This document shows positions 18,521 to 30,300 of a stretch of 64,000 nt of DNA, piece after piece. The notes below the pieces were generated by a model that worked only from the letters and a program-made list of their open reading frames with translations, was not told the origin of the DNA and searched no databases. A program made the position numbers and the translations under genes. The DNA comes from a virus (taxonomy: Duplodnaviria; Caudoviricetes), in the IMG/VR virus record IMGVR_UViG_3300028197_001778, positions 364 through 64,363 of that record. One strand, 5' to 3'. Position 1 is the stretch's first letter; each line of letters opens with the position of its first letter.

Positions 18521-18856
18521 ATGAAAGCAACTTATAGAGTTAATGAAAAGATCTCTTTTGAGATAGAATCTGAAGGACAAAAAGAACTATTTAAAGAATT
18601 AGCTACTGTCCAAGAAATTTTTGGAGAAAGTAAATGTGGAGTATGCGGATCTGAAAACATTAAATTTGTATGCAGGACTGTAGAAGATAACATATACTAT
18701 GAGTTACGCTGCATGGACTGTGGAGCTACTCTATCCTTTGGTCAACACAAAAAGGGTGGAACTCTCTTTCCTAAACGTAAGGATGCCGAAGGAAACTATA
18801 TGTCACATAACGGATGGTACAAGTGGCAAGCTAATTCCGGCGGTAAAAAGAAATAA
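18521..18856 (+). CDS. Zn-ribbon protein
   Basis: CGVCG...CMDCG; ATG 18521 after GGAG preferred over TTG 18515. Confidence 0.7.
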   Translation: MKATYRVNEKISFEIESEGQKELFKELATVQEIFGESKCGVCGSENIKFVCRTVEDNIYYELRCMDCGATLSFGQHKKGGTLFPKRKDAEGNYMSHNGWYKWQANSGGKKK

Positions 18857-19264
18857 TTACCATTTCTTTATAGGACAATGTTGATTAGCCCAATCCAGTT
18901 TACTAATTAATTTAGTTTGAGCTGTGATTGGGCATCCGCATTTTGTGCAAGAATATCCATCAAACATTTCACAAGACTTGCATATCTCCAATCTTCTATT
19001 TCTTTCTTTAGGTGATGTTCTTTCTCCACCAGATAGTACGTGTTTAAATAAAGCTTGCGTAAAATTAATAGCTTTAACAAAAATAGAAGGACTTTTACTT
19101 TGTATTTTATGTCTAAAATTCTTTGGAATTAAATGTTTTCTACAAGGTATTGGTGGAGGTTCTACATCTTTAGGCGTTATTAAAACATAGTCACAATCTT
19201 TACACAAATATTTGTTTTCTTTTTTATTTGATTCTACTAAAATAAAATTACAAAAATCAATCAT
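18857..19264 (-). CDS. Cys-rich small protein
   Basis: RLEICKSCE..CTKCGC..K...CPIKKW, plus an N-terminal CKDC. Confidence 0.7.
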   Translation of the reverse strand: MIDFCNFILVESNKKENKYLCKDCDYVLITPKDVEPPPIPCRKHLIPKNFRHKIQSKSPSIFVKAINFTQALFKHVLSGGERTSPKERNRRLEICKSCEMFDGYSCTKCGCPITAQTKLISKLDWANQHCPIKKW

Positions 19265-20515
19265 TTAGACACTAGAGCTTGGTGTTGGTGTTACGGGTTT
19301 AGTTTGACTTAAGGATAAAGAAGGAGTTATACTGGGTGTTATACTGGGTGTTGTTGTTGGACATATCGCAAATTTACCTTCAGCATAATCATTACCTTTT
19401 TCTTCTCTAAGATTATTTACTTTCTCGCTTATATGCCATCCTAGTACAGAACGATCATCATAGCATACTACAGCCTCTCCTTCTACAAACCTAATGTTCA
19501 ATTCACAATTGTAGAATTCGCTTGGAGACAAAGAAACTGTTACAGATGAAGTTGGTGTGGGATATGGTGTTTCTGTTGGAGTTTGAGACATGCTTATGCT
19601 TGGACTACATGTCATCGAAGGTGTAACAGTTTGAGTTTTACTTAATGACATTGTTGGGGTTTGAGTGTGTGTCATACTAGGAGTTACAGTAGGAGTCCTA
19701 GTTGGTGTGTTGCTAGGAGTTGGCGGAGGGTCTGGTACTGCTCTTTCTACCACAAAAGGAATACCTACTACATCTCCTCTTTCTACAAAATCACCGGAGG
19801 CAGCAAATTTTAGTCTTAAACTATGAGCTATTGTGTCAGGATCAGGAATCCCGTTACGATCTTTACAATGCTCTGTTCCTGGAGCATCAAAATTTTCATC
19901 TGATGAATCTATATATATAGGATCACTAATCTCTCCAAAATTAAAGGTTTCAATAATAGGACCATTTTCTACCGTTCCATCCTCTTTTTCTATAAGTGTT
20001 TGAATTTTAAGAGCTTTCTCATTATCTTTAAGTTCCGATACATGTTCTGTTTTGTAATTTACAAAAGTATTACCTACAAACTCTGCCTTACCAGAAAGCC
20101 CACCTTCTTCCCAAATTAGTCCTTCTTGACCTGTTCTTTTATAGTAATTGATAAGGTCTTCATTTTGTCTCGATAAGCAAAACTGCCACACGCCTTTTAA
20201 TTCACTTTTATCTTGATTATTCCCAAACTCATCATCGTACATAGGACCGTTGAACACGTAAATAGGTAAAATTGTAGGTGTAATAGTTTGTGTTGGTGTT
20301 GCAGTTCTAGTTTGAGTAGGAGTTCTTGTAAAAGTAGTTGTCGGAGTTGGCGTAGGAGTAGGAGGTCTAGTAGGTGTTTGTGTAGTCGTTATTGCTGGCG
20401 TAGATGTAAAAGTTGGTGTTGGAGTTTGGCTACGAGTAGGAGTCTGAGATTGTGTAGGTGTTTTAGTCTGTGTTGGGGTTCCTGTAATACAGACATATCC
20501 TTTGTATCTCGCCAT
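19265..20515 (-). CDS. Thr/Pro-rich putative virion protein
   Basis: Three TP-repeat tracts separating two small globular segments. Confidence 0.7.
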   Translation of the reverse strand: MARYKGYVCITGTPTQTKTPTQSQTPTRSQTPTPTFTSTPAITTTQTPTRPPTPTPTPTTTFTRTPTQTRTATPTQTITPTILPIYVFNGPMYDDEFGNNQDKSELKGVWQFCLSRQNEDLINYYKRTGQEGLIWEEGGLSGKAEFVGNTFVNYKTEHVSELKDNEKALKIQTLIEKEDGTVENGPIIETFNFGEISDPIYIDSSDENFDAPGTEHCKDRNGIPDPDTIAHSLRLKFAASGDFVERGDVVGIPFVVERAVPDPPPTPSNTPTRTPTVTPSMTHTQTPTMSLSKTQTVTPSMTCSPSISMSQTPTETPYPTPTSSVTVSLSPSEFYNCELNIRFVEGEAVVCYDDRSVLGWHISEKVNNLREEKGNDYAEGKFAICPTTTPSITPSITPSLSLSQTKPVTPTPSSSV

Positions 20516-20523
20516 TGATATTC

Positions 20524-23500
20524 CTAATAAAAATTATTTATAATTGTTAAAATTTGATTAACAGAAGCTTGTGTGTAATGGTGCGTAGATACACTACCCC
20601 TATTTTCTAGAATTTGAAGATACTCAGCAGCGTCATTTTCTAATTCACTAACTCTAGACTTGCCGGGAAAACCTTCAGTATTTGCTAAAAGAGCTGATTT
20701 TTCATTTGCATCTACATACCTAGCACACTTATGATTAATGATATTACGATTGGCTTTATTGTCAACAGGAGCTCCTGCCAATCCTAAAGCTAATAATCCA
20801 GAGTATAACTTACATCTTAAATACAAACCTGCTTTAGCAGGATTTGCAAACCCTCTAGCAAATAAAGTAATTAAATTTTCTGGTCTAATAGAACTTGCTG
20901 AACATTGAATATTTTTATCGTATTCATAAGGTATCCATTCAAAATCATCCCTAGTATCCAATCCGTCTGTTTTAAATTCCATTCTGTCTGTGCTTCCATA
21001 AAAAGCCCTAAATATCATTTCATTAGACAATTTATAATATGGAGGAACAGTAGTTTCTATTTCTTCAGACTTGTCAGCATTCGTTGTTCCACAAACCCAA
21101 CTATAAAAATAGTTTTTAATATTCATACCATCTGTATATTTATTACGACCTTTATATGCTAAACCATTTGTTTGCAAAACATATGCATCAAATTGTAGAT
21201 CTAAATTTTTTAACTTTCTAGGCCAGTGAACAAATCTTATTTTTATATTATCCTTATCTTCTAATATATCTTTAGCAGAAGTAAGTCCTGTTCCATTTAT
21301 TCCCTGAGCTAATTCATAAGTTTCTCTAACTCTTAAAATAGTATCAACATTAGTGTTTCCACAAGATAATCTTAAATTAGATTTTTGTAATACTTCTTTT
21401 TTCCACGTAGCATCAGGGTATAAAGCCTTTTGAGCTTCTATAGCTTCATCAGAGTTAACGAATGTCATGCTAGGGTTCCCAAATTCGCTTATAGGAGCCA
21501 CGGTATTAAATAGAAACCTCTCAGTCCTTTGTTTTAAAGATTCGGTTTTAGCAGCTTCAGAGGAGATAGGAGGAGTATCTGCATTGCTATCTCTTGAACT
21601 ACCATAAGGACTATCTCCACAGACGTTAACACAATTTAATCCTTGGTTATTATTAATCTCATAACATGAATATTCTATTTTTTTTAATATTCTAACACTA
21701 TTTTGTCTAGTAAGATAAGCCTTCTGCTCTCCATCTATGTTGATCCAATACTTTCTGTCAGAGTAATTTGTGTCAATTTTTTCAGAAACTTCTTCTGTGA
21801 TACCAGTTGCTATAGAATTATATATTTTATTATCCGTACTTCTTACTTTTACATTTTCAGATATATAATCTCCAAAATTTCCCGGTGGAATCTCCGAAAT
21901 AGGACTCTTCTCCCTATCGTAACTATTATGAAACATAAAATGATCTGTATTTTTACCATCTTTATTTGGAAAACCTTTGTTGTGATTAGTATAGCTTATC
22001 GATTGAAACTTTTTATCTATAGATTTTGATCCACCAAATAACGCGTCATCGGCAGTAAATATTCCTTTATTCTTAAATGCTAATCCACCATAACCAGAAC
22101 GGGTTTTATCAGACATGTCTTCTGTATCAGAGTCTAAAGGTATTTTAATACTATTACCATACTCATAATTAAATGCTGTTCCAGTACCCCAGCTTCCTTC
22201 TCCATAAGCAGCAAGATGTCCTTTTACTGGAAAACTTGTTTGTTGTCCTATTTTAGAAAGTTTTAAATTTTTAATGTCTTTAAATTGATATGGATACAAG
22301 ATCCAATCTGAAGCAAAGCTAAGCGGTCCAGGCTCATCGAAAAATGTAAAATAAAAATCTGTATATAGGTATTTTTTGGGATCTACATCACCAAGTAAAT
22401 CTGAGACAAAAAACGTCACTCCTATATATGTATTATACTCATTGCTTGTAAAGTCTGGTACAGAAAATACTTCGTGAACTTTTACAATATTTTCACCAAC
22501 TTGTCCTAATTTATTATCTGTTTTAAAATCACGTTTATTAAATAAAACCAATTTGGCAGAACCTTCTACATCAATTTGAGCTTTAAGAAATGTAAAAGCC
22601 GTAGCATCTTTTGTTTTAATCCAAAAATAATCCTTAGGGTCTAAAGGCACTGATAAATAAAATTTGTTATTAATTTGATAGTCCTTGTAATTCATCAAAT
22701 TTACATAAAAAGGTTCTTTAGAATTATTTTTATCACCGTTCCAATTTATAATTGGTAAAGTATTATCTTTATTTTTATCAAACAAAATTTCTGCTTTATC
22801 ATCTATCGATATATCTGCATGTCTGTGGTTAAGATCTCTCTTTTTCACTAACTGTCCTTTAAAAACATTATGCAAACCTTCATGAGGCATTGATGTAAGA
22901 TTCTCTCCCTCTCTCAAATGAAAGTTATTGCTTTCTTGTTTATAACCCATAATTTTAGGTTTATAAATAGGAGAAGATAATTCATCAAACTTAAATATAT
23001 CTGCATCGAAAGTGTACCAAGCTGCTCCATCAGTGCTTATATCAACCAACACTTTATCTGCTTGACCGAACCCATCGTTTTTTGTATAGTCTTCTTTAAA
23101 AAAGGATTCATCATAAGCATTTTGACTTCTTTCTCTTCTAGCATTAGAAAAAGACGCGAGTATCATATTCGCACCAGCTCCAATAGCAGCAGCTCCTATT
23201 GTAGCAACCAGAGCTCCCATACCTATTGCATTAGTCATATTGATATTTGCTAAAGCAAAGGAGAAGAAAGCTAAAGCTGTCCCAGCAGCTACTACAGCAT
23301 TACTTAAAGGGGGAATTCGAAGAAAACTTAAAGTATTAAGACCACTATTTGGAAATTTACAAGTATTATGATTAGTAATAGAGTTAAAGGGGGCGTGAGA
23401 ATTAATGGGTGGCAATAAAACTTTACCATCATCACTGAAATTCATTATATAGTTATAACCACTTTTTTCTTGTATGCCTTCACCTAGATAATGTCTAAAA

Positions 23501-26500
23501 CTTTTTTTGTAATCAATATGTTCCGTAATAGGGTGGTTGATATTATCTATATCTTCATTGGTATCTATAATAATCTCAAAACTACATAAATTATTACTAT
23601 AAGATGAACTTTTAAACTTACCATCAAATTCTTCATTTAGTGCGGGAGGCAATATATTTGATGAGTAATTTTTGTCTTCGTAATGATTAAATATTTCTAT
23701 TTGTAATTTAAAATATGCTCCGTCTAAAGGAGAGCCTCTCCACTTGGCAAATTTGTTCCAAGTCGGTTCAAAGTCATTGTTAAGAAAAATATTTTTATAC
23801 ACGTAATGTTCTGAGTCATTAATATTTTCTGTTTTGATAGTTGGGCGAACAACATCGTGACTTCTAACAGTATTGAGCTTCCACGAGTCGTAACCAACAT
23901 TTTCTATTAATTCATGAGATTTTGACAATACATTATGCTTAGGTGCATTATCAGAAAATGTTATACAGAAATCTTTTTCAAAATTTTCTATATGTTCCCT
24001 ATTAAATAAAACAATTTTATTACTTGAATTATTTTTTTCTAACTCAGTAATATAATCCTTTAAATATTGGTCTTTCCAAAACACAGAATCAGAAGGTGAG
24101 TATTCGTTTCCTTTGCTGTCTTCTGCTGTAAACTTAGTAGTTAAATTAGTCACTAATGTAATTTTTAAATCTGCAGGATTTATATAATTTAAAAAATTTA
24201 ATCTTACAGAGATATCCTGTATTTTAATGTTTGAATCTTGTATAGTATCATTATCATTAATTTTTTTCTTTAATATACTATTAGCAGGTATAGAATATCT
24301 AACAGCAGGATTATATTTATCTCTAGTTTCCGTATAAGAACTATCGTCTACAAATCCGCTACTTACACCATTTAAAGATATGCAATCTCTTTCTGCTGCT
24401 CTTTCAGAGTAAGTTAATTGGCGCTCAACCCCATAGTCATATATAGGACAAACTTCATTTGGAATACACGCATCAACCATCATATCATTACTTAAATTAT
24501 TCATTAAATAAGAATATGAAGCTCTTCCGGTGCCAAATTGATAAAATTCTCCATCTCTAGCATCTCCTGTAAAATCAACCATCACTCTGCTACTGTAGTA
24601 TCCTTCTGTTTCTGAATTTCTATTAGGAGAAAATAAGAATCCAACTCCTTTTAGTTTAACTTTTTTACTATCTACAAAAGTTTTATTTTTCAATTCAGAA
24701 AAGTGCTCATTAATTGTATTAATAGATATCCATCCTAAATATGGATGAAAAATCCCTTTCTTACCATCGCTGATACCTGCTTGACTATAATTACCAATAT
24801 CTAAGTTTTCATCGTTAGCCACACCACTCCTCATGTAGCATTTAGTATTTTCATCATACTGTTCATTTCTCGAACTCAAAACAGGCAAAGACTTTTGAGG
24901 TAATGGGTGCTGAGGCATGTTTATTCCAAGATTAGCAACAATAGCATCATCATATCCTCCATAAGCTTTTATAGGAGGAGAATACTTATTATTGACTCCA
25001 GGTAATACAGAATAATTCAATTCCAAAAAACCACCACCACCAGAAACACTTTTTCCTTTTTTACCTATATACAAATTATTACAATAGCCCACACGACCAA
25101 AACCTATTCCTCTAGGAACATCTTGCTGAACATCAGGATAAAAAGGAGTGCTAAAACCTTGATCTCCTGTATATTTTTTAGTAAAGTTTAATTCCTCTAC
25201 GTAAAAAGAATCGCAGCTACATAAATTCTCTGACTTATATCTATACCATTCAATATCTATACCATACAGCTTTATATAATTGCTAGACCCACAATCAAAG
25301 TTAAAACTAACCTTGTCATACTCTGTGTCAGATTCCTTAACGTCGTGCTGAAACCAATCTACATCTGGTATAAATACTGGTTTACTATCTAATTTTCCGT
25401 TATCGATAGATGCTTGTCTTACAGTGGCTTCTTCAATATAACAATTGCTATTATTTACTTTAATAGCTCCTTGTTTATAAAAACCTATCGATTTAACATT
25501 AGGATGCATAAAAAAAAGAGTGTTAGGTTCTTTATTAATCTCTCCACCTACTCTTCTTGTCAATTCTGTATATTGATCAGCATAACCATCTAAAATATTT
25601 TCTATACTACCTTCGCTTTTTAAATCTCTATAATAAACTACAGGATATCCTTGAGAAGTGTCAGACCCCTCCATTTTTGTTGCAAACTCTAAAGGGCCCG
25701 CTTTAATCCACTGATTATATGTATTACTTTTTGTTGTCTTTCCTGTTGCAGCATCCGTCTCTTGACTTTTCAAACCATACGGAATAAAATTTAAATTAAC
25801 TTTAACATTTGGACCACTAATACCAGGACCAATCAGTTGTTTATCTATCGTAATTGTTCTTTCTGAATTACGATCAATCTTCATATACATGTCGTTTTTC
25901 TTGACTAATTTTTCGTATATGTATTGTATATATGGTTGTTTTTTAACCATCATAGAAGACGAGACTGCTTGATTGCCAGCTTTATTCTCGATCTCTTTAT
26001 ACATAACAAAAGACAAGTTTGTTAAATTATTAGTAAACTTAGAGTTATGAAAAACAGAGCCTTCCGAATATTCTTCATTTAAATAATCAGAAAGGTCCAA
26101 TCTCCAATCGTAACTTAGTCTTTCTCCAATTATACTGTTAGGCTTGTCGTAATAATACTTACCTCTAAATACTATAGTTTCTCCATATAAAACTGGACCG
26201 GTAGCTAACATAGCACAAAAACGTTTTAAATTTTCAGATCTTTTTTTGCTATTAGCACTGACTAAGGTACTTAAGTTTTTATATAATTGTCTAAAAGTTT
26301 CTTCTGTTTCTTCGGGTATATATGTTCTAAGATAATCTTTTCCATCTGACATTCTAGCATAATCATCGCCATAAAAAAAACAAAAAGAATCTGCATCCGG
26401 TATGTGTATGTCAAATTTATTATTGCCTTTTGTTATAGCAGAATCTTTCGTATGGTCTGTAACTATTATGTCTTCCCAATAATCTTCTATCTCATCATAT

Positions 26501-27369
26501 CTTGTAAATTTTCTTTCCTCATCATGGTCTATTACGGGTTCTGCATAAATATATCTGATATCAAATATTACATTTTTATAAAGTTTAATACCTCCTAAAT
26601 CATGAGGTGCGGGAGGTATAAATTCATAATGTTCTTTATTAGCTCCTAGAAGTGTGGGTATGTCGTCTGTATCCTTACTAACACTTAATTGAATACGATG
26701 ATTGTCTAGTTTTAAAAATTTAGTATTAGCTGATATGTTTACTTTTTGATCAGGATCTTGTATAGCTTTATCAAGACTAAAAATAGTACCGGGTTTTATT
26801 TTAGAAAATTCTGTTGAAGAGCTTCCTATCTTTTTATACCAAAAAAGAATACCCGTTTGTGGATAAATATTTTGAGCAACAGGATCTGCTAAATACCAAT
26901 CGACATGTAGTTCAGCAGGATTAGCAAATGGAAGTTTTAGTTGCAATTCTCTAAAATGATTATTTCTTACACTAGAAATTTTTAGAAAAGAAGGGATACC
27001 TAAAGTGTATTGGGGTGGTGGGGTAAATTCTACATATTCATTACATTCACTATCAGTAAAGGTTTTATAAGAAGCCCCACTTACTACTGGAGCAGAGTTG
27101 TCGAAAATAGGAACATAAGTTAAAGGTTCATTATTGAGTATAGATACAGGGGTCCACACCCCTTCTTTTGCGCTTTCACTAAGGTTGTCTAAAATAAAAC
27201 TATTTATCGACCAATTAGCGTCTTTTGGATCCTCTGAATTATCATCTACAAATGAAATTTTTCCTGACGTATCATTTGTGTCGTTGTAAGAAAACTTATG
27301 ATAAGTTTTAAGACTATTATAAATTGAATTTTTATAAAATTCACAATATTTTTTAGGTGTCTTTGTCAT
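20524..27369 (-). CDS. Giant putative virion/tail-tip protein (2281 aa)
   Basis: Long ORF; P-domain-like segment IQDISVRLNFLNYINPADLKITL; an Ala/Gly-rich hydrophobic stretch of about 50 aa. Confidence 0.6.
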   Translation of the reverse strand: MTKTPKKYCEFYKNSIYNSLKTYHKFSYNDTNDTSGKISFVDDNSEDPKDANWSINSFILDNLSESAKEGVWTPVSILNNEPLTYVPIFDNSAPVVSGASYKTFTDSECNEYVEFTPPPQYTLGIPSFLKISSVRNNHFRELQLKLPFANPAELHVDWYLADPVAQNIYPQTGILFWYKKIGSSSTEFSKIKPGTIFSLDKAIQDPDQKVNISANTKFLKLDNHRIQLSVSKDTDDIPTLLGANKEHYEFIPPAPHDLGGIKLYKNVIFDIRYIYAEPVIDHDEERKFTRYDEIEDYWEDIIVTDHTKDSAITKGNNKFDIHIPDADSFCFFYGDDYARMSDGKDYLRTYIPEETEETFRQLYKNLSTLVSANSKKRSENLKRFCAMLATGPVLYGETIVFRGKYYYDKPNSIIGERLSYDWRLDLSDYLNEEYSEGSVFHNSKFTNNLTNLSFVMYKEIENKAGNQAVSSSMMVKKQPYIQYIYEKLVKKNDMYMKIDRNSERTITIDKQLIGPGISGPNVKVNLNFIPYGLKSQETDAATGKTTKSNTYNQWIKAGPLEFATKMEGSDTSQGYPVVYYRDLKSEGSIENILDGYADQYTELTRRVGGEINKEPNTLFFMHPNVKSIGFYKQGAIKVNNSNCYIEEATVRQASIDNGKLDSKPVFIPDVDWFQHDVKESDTEYDKVSFNFDCGSSNYIKLYGIDIEWYRYKSENLCSCDSFYVEELNFTKKYTGDQGFSTPFYPDVQQDVPRGIGFGRVGYCNNLYIGKKGKSVSGGGGFLELNYSVLPGVNNKYSPPIKAYGGYDDAIVANLGINMPQHPLPQKSLPVLSSRNEQYDENTKCYMRSGVANDENLDIGNYSQAGISDGKKGIFHPYLGWISINTINEHFSELKNKTFVDSKKVKLKGVGFLFSPNRNSETEGYYSSRVMVDFTGDARDGEFYQFGTGRASYSYLMNNLSNDMMVDACIPNEVCPIYDYGVERQLTYSERAAERDCISLNGVSSGFVDDSSYTETRDKYNPAVRYSIPANSILKKKINDNDTIQDSNIKIQDISVRLNFLNYINPADLKITLVTNLTTKFTAEDSKGNEYSPSDSVFWKDQYLKDYITELEKNNSSNKIVLFNREHIENFEKDFCITFSDNAPKHNVLSKSHELIENVGYDSWKLNTVRSHDVVRPTIKTENINDSEHYVYKNIFLNNDFEPTWNKFAKWRGSPLDGAYFKLQIEIFNHYEDKNYSSNILPPALNEEFDGKFKSSSYSNNLCSFEIIIDTNEDIDNINHPITEHIDYKKSFRHYLGEGIQEKSGYNYIMNFSDDGKVLLPPINSHAPFNSITNHNTCKFPNSGLNTLSFLRIPPLSNAVVAAGTALAFFSFALANINMTNAIGMGALVATIGAAAIGAGANMILASFSNARRERSQNAYDESFFKEDYTKNDGFGQADKVLVDISTDGAAWYTFDADIFKFDELSSPIYKPKIMGYKQESNNFHLREGENLTSMPHEGLHNVFKGQLVKKRDLNHRHADISIDDKAEILFDKNKDNTLPIINWNGDKNNSKEPFYVNLMNYKDYQINNKFYLSVPLDPKDYFWIKTKDATAFTFLKAQIDVEGSAKLVLFNKRDFKTDNKLGQVGENIVKVHEVFSVPDFTSNEYNTYIGVTFFVSDLLGDVDPKKYLYTDFYFTFFDEPGPLSFASDWILYPYQFKDIKNLKLSKIGQQTSFPVKGHLAAYGEGSWGTGTAFNYEYGNSIKIPLDSDTEDMSDKTRSGYGGLAFKNKGIFTADDALFGGSKSIDKKFQSISYTNHNKGFPNKDGKNTDHFMFHNSYDREKSPISEIPPGNFGDYISENVKVRSTDNKIYNSIATGITEEVSEKIDTNYSDRKYWINIDGEQKAYLTRQNSVRILKKIEYSCYEINNNQGLNCVNVCGDSPYGSSRDSNADTPPISSEAAKTESLKQRTERFLFNTVAPISEFGNPSMTFVNSDEAIEAQKALYPDATWKKEVLQKSNLRLSCGNTNVDTILRVRETYELAQGINGTGLTSAKDILEDKDNIKIRFVHWPRKLKNLDLQFDAYVLQTNGLAYKGRNKYTDGMNIKNYFYSWVCGTTNADKSEEIETTVPPYYKLSNEMIFRAFYGSTDRMEFKTDGLDTRDDFEWIPYEYDKNIQCSASSIRPENLITLFARGFANPAKAGLYLRCKLYSGLLALGLAGAPVDNKANRNIINHKCARYVDANEKSALLANTEGFPGKSRVSELENDAAEYLQILENRGSVSTHHYTQASVNQILTIINNFY

Positions 27370-27379
27370 TTGTGTCCTG

Positions 27380-30300
27380 TTAACTAGAGCTTACTAAAGT
27401 CCATTTCCCTTCTATAAAATTAAACAAACCTTTACTTCCATTATGATAATATATTCCTAAAGGATTATTAAAATTATAAGACTTAACGTCATTAGACCTA
27501 GATTTATCTTTAGCTGTCATATACGAAAGTTCTAGAGTCACGTTGTTTCCTGTTCCGATAGTACCAAAAGCAGAAATCATAGGTTTTCCTACAGGTTCAT
27601 AAAAACCTGAATCAGAATTATAAAAACATAATAATGTTGAACCACTAGGAGCACTGTATCCTGTTTTATCTACAACATAAACTACTTTTCGTTCATCGTC
27701 TAGATCTATTTCTGCTTCATAATCTGTTAAAAAAGCCCTACTAGGATTATTAGTACTATAAAAATCTAAATCCTCTTCTAGTGTTACATAAACATTCTTA
27801 TAAATTTTTGGAGGAGGCGCTGCCCAAACACCTCTTGCTTCATCCCATCTTAAATCCACAGGACCAACTGGCCAAGTATCTGGCCTTTCTCCCCAATTTA
27901 AAGAGAATTTTTCTGATTTATTTTTTGGAGTCCACCTTGTTACACCATCAGGAAATCTTTCCCAACTTTGTGTTACCGAAACTATCGATCCCCATTTTTG
28001 CATAGAGCCTGATTCTGCTACACCGTCTTCATTGTAGGATGTTTGAGGATAACCTCCCAATTGTTCATAATCATCTTCATTAATATATTGTCCTGTATCA
28101 TTTTTCTTTCTAATATGCCTCCACGCAACACCGGTATCGCTTATTCGTTTAGCATCATCTGATTTATTAGGTACTGGAAAACCTTCTAAATCATATCCCC
28201 ACCCATGTAAAACCAAAGGCCCTCTTAAACCTAAATATCTATTATTTAAAGGATAATCTTCTCTACTTTTAAACCAATTGCTATTACTGTCTTTTGTTTT
28301 TTGAGGAATATTGCTCAAATAATCTTGTAATCTAACATCTGTTTCTCCATCAAAATCAGGATTAGTATCAAAATAAGTTTTTTCTAAGTTTTTATTTATA
28401 GATAATTCGTATTTATTGTCAGGTTGTCTACTACCTCTACCAACGACACTAATACTATGTCTACCTTTATCTTCAGGTTGAGAATTTGGATTAAGAAAAT
28501 CTCCAGACTCTTGAAGCACAGGCTGTAAACTGTGCGTATTTATTTTTGCTAGTCCTGTTTTATCGTCTTTAAAATACATTTGTTTAATAACATCTTCATC
28601 ATCATCTTCTTTAACAGTGATAAAAGGAGGATTGAATGTGCCATCGGGAGCTAATGGAGATTTCCTAGATTTATATTCCATTACTTTAGTTAAAGGAATA
28701 TCATTGTTAGAATTAGATGCTTCATCTACTTCATCAGTGCAATATTTACAATATACAGATATTTGTTGTTCTTCTCCACCAATATAGATGGAATCCTGAT
28801 ACATTTTGTTTCCTCCACAAACTGGACATTTTTCTCTATTCCATTTGGATAAATTGTAGCAAGAGTTGTATAGGGTAGGATAGAAAGAAATAGGAGAAAA
28901 GATACCATCTAAACTCATAACTCCTTTCATGGCATAATCAGAATTAATATCAAGACCTACTTCTTTATCTGGATATAGTCCAACGTAAGCTCCGTGTCTT
29001 ACTTCTCTCATAGCAAAGGCTAATTCTCCTTGGTTGTATATTTTGTTATCACCATAACTGTTGCCACTTCTGTAAGTGTTTATGTCTTGAGCATAACCCT
29101 TCCTATTGTTAGCATAACCACCAGAACCAGTAGCAGAATAACTTTTTCTATTATATTGTGCTATAGTAAATTCTGCGCTATTAACGCTTTGAGAAGATGG
29201 ATCTTGATCGTTAGGATCATCTGGTTGTTCTTCTTCTCCAGTATCATTATCAGGATTTTCGGGTGCTGAATCATTGGTTTCGTCTGTGCTATTAGCTATT
29301 GCTTTATTTCTTTTTCTATTAGGTCCAGACAAATAATATGTACCCTGAGCCATTAAAACACTAGATGGACTCCAACCTAATAATTTTTTAGAACTAGCAG
29401 AAAAAGGATCTGTACCACCACCAGCGGTTCTAGATACAGCCTCTTGATTTAAACTCAGTATTTGTGATTGAGATTTATTATTAATTTCAGCATTTTTTCT
29501 TGCAGCTTTAAAACTATCTGTAGCTCCTTTTTTCAATCTGTCAGAAAGATCTTTATTAAATCTGCTCATAGGTTTTGAATATAATTTCAAATTATATGTA
29601 GTACTAAGACCACCGCTACCTATTTTAAGTTGCATGTTTGAAATAGTAGGTTCTAAATTATCTTTATAAGCATAGTCTAAAAGAACCACAGTATATGTAG
29701 TAGTTTTTAAAGTGAGAGTAGTTGTGTTTCTACTAAAAGGTTGCAAACCGAAATTTATAGTTCCCCCGGTATCGTATGTAGAAACTAATTTAGCTCCTAA
29801 GCCAAACTTTGGAGCACCAATAACTGTAAAGCTTGCACTTTCAGCTACAGACTGATATTTTAATCCATCATTAACTTTCAATAAAGCTGCTTTATCTAAA
29901 ACGCTTGTTCCTCCATAATTCCAAGGAACCAATTCGTCATCTTTTTCTACAACAAGACCATTGACCATATTATCAATATAATTAATTTTATCAAAAGCAC
30001 TGTCTTGTATAATGACATCTTTGCTATAATAAGGTAAATTACTCCAAGGTCCATAAGTATGAGTGTTGCTTTTGAGTGGAATAGCAGCAAAAAATGGATG
30101 AGCAGCTTTAGGAGCTATGTCTATCATTTCATTGCTTTGAGTTTCTTTGCTTTTTTTACGAATAAATTTACCATTGTTAATAGAACAGACTCTGTAATAT
30201 AATGCTTTTACAATACTGTCGTCTCTAGAGAATGCAGGGAAAGTATAAAGTATTTGTGTTAAATCTTCTAAAGCAATATTAGCATTTAAAGCTCTATTCA

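Noticed and set aside
347-18884. Short overlapping ORFs in the replication arm (e.g. 347-538, 3433-3693, 7749-8042, 10501-10839, 17238-17576)
   Set aside because: Antisense or nested within well-supported genes; no motifs.
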